NCBI GenBank assembly: GCA_977862235.1
Contig: OZ374558.1
Location: forward strand, 2,480,001 to 2,544,000
Direction of reading: 5' to 3'
Length of the DNA: 64,000 bases
DNA from: Dudresnaya verticillata
Lineage: Eukaryota
Positions 11,622 to 21,569 of the stretch are shown in pieces; the stretch's first letter is position 1, and every line of letters begins with the position of its first letter. Under the pieces are notes generated by a model. It ran no database searches and was not told the DNA's origin. It worked only from the letters and a program-made list of their open reading frames with translations. Position numbers and translations under genes: made by a program.

Positions 11622-12545
11622 TTACTCATCGAGTTCAACACGTCGAAATATCTGCCTTATCTCTTGATAATCAGGATTCTCATTTTCACTGAGTTCCATG
11701 ATTGAGTCATAGGCTACACCAAACGCTCGAGGAAGAATCCCATCAAAGGCACGGAACCCATCACGGCGAAGTCTCTCTTTCTGAAAACGAATGTAAGTGT
11801 TAGCGTCTTCATACCCTTCGAAGAAAGTCCAAGGAAGAGAGCCGACGGCAAGGAAGACAAGTGAGTACATCATACACTCCAAGTCGTCACGCCGAGAAAT
11901 AGGATTCCCGCAGTGCATGGCAATGGAACAAAACTGAGGCGTGCTAGCTGTGATGTACTCACGGGCCCAGGGAATATGACGAGTAATCGCACGCCTGCGT
12001 CGTGAAGTCGACTCGCGATACTTGCGGGATAGCTCGAAATCCAACAGGAACACGGTTTCAATGCCATGCTGCTTGCGAGGAAAAATGCAATCCGGAACGA
12101 TGTTGCCATGAAGCAATCCTATAGCGTGAAGACGCTCCAGAGCATGAAGCACTTGAACACCAATCGACGCGACTTTGGAAACCGAGACTCGCCCCATTAC
12201 ATCGATTGCAATCTCCAAAGAAGGCACGTGGTATTCCATCACCATGAAGTTGTATCTCTTTCCGGAAAACGTGTCGTTCGTTTCTGAGTCTACCCACAGC
12301 ACGCCGAATTTGTGCATCCAAGTAAACCCGGTTCGCGGGGATTCGCGGTACTGCTGGAGGCTTTTGTAGACGCTGCGCTCCAGTCCCAGTCCAGAGCGGC
12401 CCGACGCAGACCCTGGAGATATCTCCCCAATCTTGATCACGAAATCAACGCTGTTCTCCATGTCGTGCGCAATGTAAACATTGGTGGATATCAGGACTTC
12501 TAGCTTGTATCGATCGCAAATGATAACACCACCGAAGCTCGCCAT
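11622..12545 (-). CDS. Casein kinase 1-like protein, probable pseudokinase (~307 aa from first ATG)
   Basis: CK1 signature SRRDDLE..Y.LVFLAVGSLPW, plus FVIK, YNFMVME, FLLDFELSRKY and ENPDY. Catalytic loop reads HGNIVPDC instead of HRDIKPDN. Confidence 0.88.
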   Translation of the reverse strand: MASFGGVIICDRYKLEVLISTNVYIAHDMENSVDFVIKIGEISPGSASGRSGLGLERSVYKSLQQYRESPRTGFTWMHKFGVLWVDSETNDTFSGKRYNFMVMEYHVPSLEIAIDVMGRVSVSKVASIGVQVLHALERLHAIGLLHGNIVPDCIFPRKQHGIETVFLLDFELSRKYRESTSRRRRAITRHIPWAREYITASTPQFCSIAMHCGNPISRRDDLECMMYSLVFLAVGSLPWTFFEGYEDANTYIRFQKERLRRDGFRAFDGILPRAFGVAYDSIMELSENENPDYQEIRQIFRRVELDE

Positions 12546-13441
12546 TTCGCAACTGCAGCAGTACCCCAACAAGGAGGATGTGGCATAGACGTTTTGTTAG
12601 CAGTTCTCGAGCGGGTCACCTGTGAAGAAGCTCTAACAGCCTTGGAGATGCTGAGAGGTATGAAAGAGAGTGCTACACGAACCTTGGTCCTCCAACAGAT
12701 CTTGTGTTTGAGTTGTCGACTTCCGGCTCGTGGGCGCAGCCTAGCGGAAGTTGCGAAGGCCGTCACCGAACACCGAAACAAGGTCGTCGCAGGCGATTTG
12801 CGGTAGTCGGGTGCGAAGCACACGGGAAGCAATGTCCGAGTCTGCGTCCCAAGGGTTCGCGCGATTCGATCGGCGCTCCTCCGGTGCAACATTTTCGGAC
12901 ATGTGGTAGCACGAAATTCGAGAAAAAAGACGCTTTCCTACTGGAACGTCTGTAAACTGACATTCTTACAGTACACTGTTTCGGTGTCTCATGCTTCGGA
13001 TGCTCGCGTCCACTCGGCAAAGCTGCAAGCACCTCTCGACTTCCATCCCCATCTAGCTGCACACCCCCCGCCCAATCTCCCTTCCAGGCTTTGACCCATT
13101 ATTCTCGTCCTGCGGAACTGGCCAGCCCTGCCTACCGTCCCATCGTATCATTCAGCCCCTCCCGTTTGTCGCTCCACGGCAACTCGCAGCAATATCTACA
13201 ACCAACACAATGACTTCCCTATCGGGCATGTTACTTGTTTCAGAGGAAGAGCCCTCAGATCTTCTGCCCGCATTACTGTTCAAGTCAAACTCTCATCTCC
13301 CTCCTTCTTTTCCGGGTTGCATACCGCTCGCGGGGCACTAATGCTGTTGATTCGAAGAACACGAGGTGCAGGACATGAGGCATCCTTGAATTGCACAGCC
13401 GTATTGCCCATATGGCCCGAAAGTAACAGCGCGTTTAACAA

Positions 13442-13442
<1 letters not shown>

Positions 13443-13478
<36 letters not shown>

Positions 13479-15784
13479 TGCTGATGCTGCTGCTGCCGCT
13501 CCTGCTGAGTTTTTCTATTGGGCGTAAAAGGGTGATCTAGTAATATTTTTACACGTGCGTAGAAATAGGTTTGGCGTCAAGGGATGGTAATGGCGGGCTG
13601 ACGTTAATTTCTAAAAATGTTTTACGTGTACTAAGCCGTCTAGGGGCCTCGTACACTGACTGATCATTACTATGGGGAGAACAAGGGCCATGACGCGGCG
13701 CTACGCGGCGCTACGCACCGCGCAAGGGCAACGACAAGGCGCTGCGAGCCGCTTTGCGCCGTGCAGCCGCGTCGAAGGCGCGACTGACTCCTGTATCCTA
13801 TGTGGCAGGATGGGACACTGTGGGATACTGGGGTAGGCTTGGGTCGTTTGATAACGACAGTTGTCTTACAATTTCTTTGTAATGATATTTTTCCAAGCCG
13901 TGAGCCAGGTGCGGTTTCAATCACAGAAATTAAGACTGCAGGCGCACGCTGCGACCTAAAGATTGTATCGCTGTAGCGAGGTGGCGGCTATGTACATGTT
14001 TTGTTAGAAAATCCGAGCGCACTAGGCCCCAGGACAGGTGTGGTTTTAATCCCATAAAGTAATAATGTAGGCGCACGACGCGATTGTAAGATCGTATCAC
14101 TGCAGCTCGGCGGCGCCTCTGTAAATCTACCTTCGGACAATCCGGCGCACCAATGAGAGGGCGCGTGCGCGCGTTGATTTGGTACTGTGGGAAAATACAT
14201 CCAATCTGGTGGCGCGGATTGGCGGGCAGCCAATGGGGTTGCAGCTCGGCTGTTGCTGCTGCTGATGCTTCTCCTGATGCTGCTGCTCCTGTTGCTGCTT
14301 AATGTTTCTATTGGGCGTAAAAGGGTGATCTAGCAATATGTTTAGGCGTGCGCAGAAATAGATTTGGCGGCAAGGGATGGTAATGGCGGGCGGATGTTAA
14401 TTTCTACAAATGTTTAAGAGTACTAAGCCCTCGACGGGCCTCATACACTGACTAATCATTGGTATGGGGAGAACAAGGGCAACGACGCGGCGCTCCGCCT
14501 CGCTATGCGCCGTGCAGCCGCGCCGAAGGCGCGACTGACTCCTGTATCCTCTGTGGTAGGATGGGATGCTGTGGGATACTGGGGTAGGGTCGCTTAATAA
14601 CGACAGGGGTCTTACAATTTCTTTGTAATTATATTTGTTTCCAAGCCGTGAGACAGGTGCGCTCTTAATCACATAAATTAAGAATGGAGCCGCACGGCGC
14701 GACTGTAAGATCCAACCCTTGTAACGCAGCGCCTTTACTGTCAGAAAATCCAAGCGCACTAATGAGAGTGCGCGTGTGCGCGTTGATTTGGTACCGCGGG
14801 AAATACAGCCAATCGGGTGGCACGGCTTGGTGGTCAGCCAATGGGTTTGCAGCTTTGTTGCTGCTGCTGCTGCTGCTGAAATTTTCTATTGGGCGTAAAC
14901 GAGTGATCTAGTAGTATTTTTAGGCATGCGTAGATATAGGTTTGGCGGCAAGGGATGATAATGGCGGGCTGATGTTTATTTTTGTAATGTTTTGAGTGTA
15001 CTAAGCCCTCGACGGGCCTCCTACACCTAAAAATCATTACTATGAGGAGAACAAGGGCAACGACGAGGCGCTGCGCGCCGCTATGCACCGCGGAAGGGCA
15101 TCGACGCGGCGCTGCGCGCCGCTATGCACCGCGCAAGGGCAACGACGCGGCGCTGCGCGCCGCTATGCGCCGTGCAGCCGCGGCGAAGGCGCGACCGAGT
15201 TTTGTATCCTCTGTGGCAGGATGGGATACTGTGAGATACCGGGTAGGTTGGGGTCGCTTGATAACGACACGTGTCTTACAATTTCTTTGTAATGATATTT
15301 GCTTCCAAGCCGTCAGACAGGTGCGGTTTTAATCACATAAATTAGGAATGGAGGCGCACGGCGGGACTGTAAGATCGTATCACTGTAGCGCGGCGGCGCG
15401 TCTGTAAATTTACTGTCAGCAAAATCGGAGCGCACCAATGCGCGCGCGTTGTTTGGTACCGCGCGAAAATACAGCCAATCAGGTGGCGCGGCTTGGCGGT
15501 CAGCTAATGGGGTTGCAGCTTTGCTGCTGCTGCTGCTGCTGCTGCTGCTGATGCTGCTGCTGCTGATGCTGCTGATGCTGCTGATGCTGCTGCTGCTGCT
15601 GCTGCTGCTGAATTTTTCTATTGGGCGGAGAAGGGTGATCTAGAAATATTTTTAGGCGTGCGTAGAAATAGGTTTGGCGGCAAGGGATGGTAATGGCGGG
15701 CGGATGTTAATGTTTTGTAATTTTTTACGTGTACGAAGCCCTCGAGGGGCCTCGTACACTGACTAATCATTAATATGGGGAGAA
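13443..15784. repeat. Diverged tandem repeat, ~3.4 monomers of ~580-790 bp, each with a (CTG)n tract
   Basis: Anchor TTTCTATTGGGCG...GTGATCTAG at ~13512, ~14305, ~14884, ~15616. Shared blocks such as TCTTACAATTTCTTTGTAAT. Confidence 0.92.
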
Positions 15785-15835
15785 TAGCTTTATTGATGTT
15801 CGAGCATCGTCTTCGACAGTTGCAGCTAAAGGGAT

Positions 15836-16928
15836 TTGCAACAATCCTGTTTCTTTGCTACTTTTGGGGAGGAACCAAAACGGTGGATGGGGTTCGGTTG
15901 CAGTAAACGCGTGGTTGTGCTTACAGCTTACTGTATTAGGTGTTGCTGTTACCGCGATTCCACTGTATTCCGCCGCTCACATATTTTACTAACAGTACGG
16001 ACTCGCCCAGTGCTATTGGTGCCACGCGATGCCGTTACTGCAAGACGTTCGTCCCACACGAAATCGACCGTCTTCGCAGCACTGTTCCGCGAAAACACAC
16101 TGCACTTCTGCGTTTGCTTTCTTTGCGACCAACCCCAGCCATCGACCCTTTCACTACACAGCACTTTCCCAGACGGCGACATCTCTGCCCATTGCGCTGA
16201 GTGCACCGCCATCTACAGCGGGCTTCTTCTTCTCCGCGTTCTTCATATCGGCCAGGCCCTCCGCACTGCTGCATTCCCCATTCAACCGCTCATGCCACAC
16301 ACTAAGACCCCACCACTGGTCCCAGATCTGGAAACGCTGCCGAGCACGCCCTTAACGCCCTACAATACTACTTAGAGGCCCACGACCGCGGTCTTCAAGC
16401 TACCCGCGCCGAGCTACAGTCTCACAATAACCGACTTCCAGCTGTTGAGCACAGCATTGCGGCAACGAGATCTGATCTTTCACAGCGCCTAGAAGAGATA
16501 GCCGCAGCTTTCCGTACTGATCTGGCGGCCACTAAGAGCACTTTGACTACCGCATAGACGCCAATCGGGCGGAAGCAACGGTCACTGCCACGAAGCTGGC
16601 CGAGCAGCAAACTGAAAAACTCGCTGCTCTGATTCTTATGCAGCAGCCTTCCCGCCCTGAGACTGCAGTGCCTGACACTCCGTCGTCTTCGTCCAAATCT
16701 CAGGTCGAGCCAACCTCATCTACCCATACCCACGACCAATCGCAGCCCCCTTACCCGCGGGCGCCCACTTATCGGGACGCCGCACCTTTTGGGCAAGAAG
16801 GAGCTCCTTCAAACTCGTTTCCCGTCTTTCCACCAATGCGCTCTACCATCCCTCGTCCTATGACGATGAAAGAACTTCGCGAAAAGAGCGCCGTGAGATC
16901 GCAGATCACGGCGACAAATGTGGTGTAG
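15836..16928 (+). pseudogene. Possible decayed ORF1/gag-like coding remnant
   Basis: Cys cluster (CVCFLC...HCAEC), then a coiled-coil-like stretch (VEHSIAATRSDLSQRLEEIAAAF) and a Pro/Ser-rich segment, split by stops and frameshifts. No family recognised. Confidence 0.25.
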
Positions 16929-19058
16929 TGAAAGGCACATCTGTAAGGAGAGCTGATCAGGCAATCCCAATAAGGAGTGATCTCACAGGGCGCCGGGGTG
17001 GTAGAGCTTAGTTCGTAGACCGAAGGGAGTACCTCGAGCGGCAACATCTGCAAGGAGTAAAGGGACGCAACACACAAGGGGGACGGTACAGTGCCAGGGC
17101 AGCTACACCGGGACGGAGGTAAGATGAATCCGTGCATGGGACTGGAGAGGGGAAACCGTGAAGGAGTATGAGGGGAAGGCTTAGGGTAAGTCACTTTGCC
17201 CAGGGTTGCGTACCCGTTTACTGTTGGACTCGCGGTGGCCACCCATTAATATACTGGGAGATACGCCCCGCGTCCGGTGCGTGTGGGCCAGACCTCAATG
17301 GGTCTGGTCCACCAGGTGGGCCCGGGCCTGCTGGTCCCGGTCACCGTTGCGGACATGTTCGGCATTCTCATTGGCCGGCTGACACTACGTACTGTACAGC
17401 ATCATTAAAATTACATAATTACAAATAAATCAACTACTTGGCTCCTATTGGTGGTGCGCGCAGACTCCAGCAGGGCATACAGTGCTACTGTGCCGCTGCA
17501 CTCCCGCTTCGTCTTTTGGCGCGAGCTTAGCAGAGCGCCGGTTATCGACGGTCGCGCGTCGGCTCGCCCATCGTCCGCACTCCGAAACGGCCACTTCACC
17601 ACAACAAACCAACCGATCGCAACTCCACTCATGGCATCCTACTTCACGTACAACCACTGGGTAAAGATTAGCGATCTCCAGCGATGCTTACTACATGACA
17701 CATTCCAAGGTAACCGTCGAGCTGTTCGAGGCATCTCATACCATTCTCGGACGCCCCTGATCTTTGAACTTGTCCACGAATGCGATTGCGTCGACCTCGT
17801 TGTCGAACGTATGCGTGGCGAACGAGCCGTTCTTCTCTCAGAATATAAGAATATAATCGTATTCGCCCTCCCGTCGCCCAAGGCTCTACCCATGTCCGTG
17901 ACACCGTTGTTACGCCATCACATGGTCTCTCCCTCGCGTCGCGATGGTTTCGGAGCGGTTCGCTGGTACTCCACGCTGCTGTCGCACGTTTCTACCAACG
18001 GTCGCTCTGTGCCTTCCTGCATACCGCCCCCGATATCGCTCAAAACCTCAACAGCCTACTTGATGAGCCCGGCCAAGACCAGTTCTTGAACTTACGCGGG
18101 TTCGCCACAACGCGAGTTGTGCATAAGTTCTCCACCCAGCCCGGGGAAGCTCCGCTGCGTCTGATGAATACGCCGCTGAAGACGTCATGGAAGTTGAGTC
18201 TGCCGCCAGCGCTTCACCATTAGTGTGGCGCGCGGGCCGGTGCCGGGGGCTCTTATTTCCTCGCCATGGGCGCACCGAGGCCGCGTCGACCGACGGACGG
18301 CCGTTGAAACGGCTAATTCGCCGTTGGCGCGAACACGTCATCGACGATTGGCCTACGAACGCGCGGGCGCCACAGCCCCATGCCGCGCGCACCCGATGCA
18401 CTGTACGGCACAACGCTGTAGAGCGGATCTGGATGATGCATCGGGATGTGTAAGCGGTTTGACTGTCACTTTGGCCCAGATCCCGATTGAATCCGGATCC
18501 GACATCGGGATCCGACATCGGGATCTGCTGTAATGGAAGCGCGCCTGTAATACTGTGTCAATCGCGATCCGAATCCGGATCGCCTACAGCACCGCGCAAG
18601 CGGGCCTCTGTAAGACGCATGCGCCGGCGTACAGCGGCTGCACTGTCCCGGGACGTGTCAGACGCAACTCCACACGACACGCTTCACGGGTGCCCGCGCA
18701 CCACGTCATGCAACCGCCGCGCCGCGGCCCCATAGCATTACTTAGGTACCTCGTCTAGGGCGTAGCAATAAAGCCCCGGTAAGCCGGTTTGGGTCTAGAC
18801 TTCCCTTCCCGCGACAGTGCGCACCCTACCGCTGCCCGGAAGCATACGCGACTACCTACCCGTGTTTCCACGTTCATACCGTTGTTAACGTGTTTTCCTT
18901 TGGGTTTCCTTTCCCCTTTTCTCTCTCGCCTTGGGTGGTTACAGTCCGCCCTAGGCGTGTTCAACCTGCTCTACCAAGTTCGCCACCAGCGGCTACCCAC
19001 CGGGCTACCGAACGGCCCGGAGGTGCTTTCCATCTACAGATGACGTTTGCACGACAAC

Positions 19059-19076
19059 TGTTCTCCCGACCTAGAA
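19059..19076 (+). promoter_or_regulatory. Primer binding site TGTTCTCCCGACCTAGAA (one mismatch to the inner element PBS)
   Basis: 17/18 identical to 21503-21520 and 2 nt after the ACGACA terminus. Confidence 0.8.
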
Positions 19077-19922
19077 GGTGTTACGTTTCTACGAACTTTA
19101 AAGTCTGTAGACGATCGCTTAACCGTCACTCTGATGTTCTGCCCATCGTTCACGACCTTCGCCTACTTCTTCGAAACCATTATGGGCCCACGCGACCACC
19201 GTTATTGCGTGGATCCTTCCGTCGTCCGTCCTCGACGCCTGGCAGTGTGCCACCGTCGGTACGGGCCCAACAAATGACGACACGATCAGTTCGTCACGTC
19301 AGACCGGAGATCTCCTCCGCATTCACGGCACTGCCGGACCATGACGTGTCACACGCTTTGCTGAACAGGTGAGAACCTGCTCCACCGCCGAATCCGATCG
19401 TCGTTAGTACTTCAGTCCCAGAAGGCTCCGCCCTCCGTACCTACTACAATTACGTTGACTCCGCCAACACCGTCCATGTGGAGCAACAACGCGTGGTAGA
19501 CGGAACACAAGCCGGCCTTGCCGAGGAACAACAACCAACTCCAGCTCTACAGCCACAACAACAACCAGCAACCCGAAACGTCGAGGACGATGGCAGCCGT
19601 TTAGCGCCTTAGAACATCGTCGACGATTCCCCACCTGTAAGGGACTGTTGTCCCACATCTCACAGCAGTGCCGAATCTTCTTCGGCAGAGCCGTCTGATC
19701 AACATGGTAACTCCGAGACGTCACCGGTGAGGCAAAGCCCGGTGAGACAAAGCCCAACGCGCCCTTCGCCCGCGGCGTCTCCTGCGTCCGCTCGGGTGGG
19801 TAATCCCACGATTCCCGGCGACCGCATCCGAGAATTTGCTCCATCGAAGACGATGCGTTATTAGCACGATTCGCGGAGATGCTCGACAACAGTGTCGGGG
19901 GAACTGCAGCCGTCTATAGACG

Positions 19923-20671
19923 TTGGAGAAAGGTCGAGACGGAGCCCTACAAGGATTGCGAACTGACCTCGACCGTCTGATGACGAACCCGGGTACCAAC
20001 GCCAAGCAACCCGCCACAGTAACGATCAACTTGCAGTCCGAACTGAGTTCGCGCGAACGTTTTAATCGGCTGGCGACTCGTTTGGAAGGATTGGGAACCG
20101 TCGAGTGGCTTCAAGGACAACGACCATTGTCTGAGGACGAAAGCGACGACGAAGACTGTCGCCGCCGTAAAGACCGCAAGCACCGCGACCAACGAAAGAA
20201 ACGCCGAGGGCGAAAGAAGAACCATCGACGACGTCACAGAGATTCCTCATCTTCCTCAGACTCGTCGAGTGACGGAGAATCTTCAGGTTCTTTGACGGAT
20301 GAAGAAGAGTACCCAACCCACTGCGGAGCCGTAAGGCCACGCGGAAAACGGTTCAAGGGGTTGAGGGAGCTACGTCCCTCCAACCCCCTCTTCGATCAAC
20401 TCTTGTCGTATCGTACTTACCGTTTAGCAGACTTCGGGCAAAAACGTTCCGGACGCGAAACACGGAAGGTCAATGACCACATCAAACGTCTGGAGTTGAC
20501 GATATAGGACGCCGCCTTCACTGGCGACGACCCGGTCCTGATCCTCGAGTTCCTTACGCGTTTCGTGCACGAGGCCAACACGCTGGAAATCAGCGAAGCT
20601 CAAGCGTTCATAGCGTTACCATACTTCTTACGAGGTACGGCGTCAACGCAATTCCGTTCCCTCAAGTCGAC
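19923..20671 (+). pseudogene. gag: Gag of outer Gypsy, in-frame TAG at 20505-20507, cut by nested insertion
   Basis: LLSYRTYRL and FTGDDPVLILEFL..EISEAQAFIALPYFLRGTA parallel the inner gag AIDYRSYRL and YDSKESIRLLGVL..GLSEGAAA*VVSWFLDGTA. Confidence 0.75.
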
Positions 20672-21501
20672 TGTGGCATAGCTGTAAGACCAGCTGTGCC
20701 ACGCACGCGCAGCTGTAAGACCAGCTGCGCCACGTGTGCACTGCTGTGAGCACGCTGTCAGCCGGTGGCGCCGAAGCCCCGCTGAACTATAAGGAAGTGC
20801 GCAGTGGCGCCCGCGTGTGCACGCGTACGCGTGTGACACTGAAACTCCCATTTAAGTTCTACGTTTATTGTTTTGTAGTGTACATCACCGTCTAGTGTAA
20901 GCGGCGGTACGCCCTGCTGTCCTGCGCGCTGCGTGCACGCACTCCGGCGCAGAGCCGTTGAGTGCGTGACACGCGCGTGCGCACTCCGGCGTCGAACCGT
21001 TGAGTATGTGTGGACCGTTTCGCCCACGCGCGCCCCCGGGTTACCGTTACCCGTACGCATTGACGCATGTTGGGGCGCGCCGGCGCACCTCCCGGGTTGG
21101 TGCCGCCGCAGGCCCTGTATTATATCTAGTAGTCGCCCCTCTGGGCTTCAGTAAACCAGGCAAGCCAGCCTACGCCAGGATTGCCCTTTCTGCTTTGGGT
21201 TTCTTTCCCAGTCCTTCGTCCTACGGCTTCCCTCTTTCCCTAGCCGCCTAGGCTTTCCTTCTCCTTTCCCTACCTTCGGCTTCGTGCCGCCAGACGACGG
21301 GGACGCAGGGATCCGGCCGCTGCCGCCCGCGTACGGTACGCCCCGTGCGCGCTCAGGCTTCGACGCCGTTGATCCGCGACCGTCGACGGCGCGCGCGGCC
21401 GACACCGCCGCTCTACCACAGCTACCACCCTTCGACGGGTCTGGATGCGACTGATCGACCAGCGCAGCTAGATGTCAGTTCGACCTGACGTCTATACGAC
21501 A
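20672..21501 (+). repeat. 5' LTR (830 bp)
   Basis: Imperfect inverted termini TGTGGCATAG...CTATACGACA (8/10). TATA-like TATTATAT at ~21119. Directly followed by the PBS. Confidence 0.82.
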
Positions 21502-21502
21502 C

Positions 21503-21520
21503 TGGTCTCCCGACCTAGAA
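21503..21520 (+). promoter_or_regulatory. Primer binding site TGGTCTCCCGACCTAGAA, tRNA-Tyr type
   Basis: Starts with TGG 1 nt after the LTR end. The complement ...TCGGGAGACCA has G72 and A73, the eukaryotic tRNA-Tyr identity pattern. The tRNA assignment is an inference. Confidence 0.82.
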
Positions 21521-21569
21521 GTCGCAGAAGACCCTATCACCTCTCGCGTCGACGCGATAGAGGCCAAGA

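Larger units (their letters stand above)
18449..20671 (+). mobile_element. 5' part of an outer Ty3/Gypsy element (LTR end at 19056, PBS, gag), interrupted at 20671
   Basis: ACGACA LTR end followed by a PBS nearly identical to that of the inner element; AATAAA at ~18767; gag-like ORF downstream. The LTR start is uncertain (18449 is a guess). Confidence 0.72.

Noticed and set aside
14127..15643. Poly-Gln or poly-Leu proteins
   Set aside because: Short frames crossing (CTG)n tracts in a repeat whose monomers do not keep a common frame.
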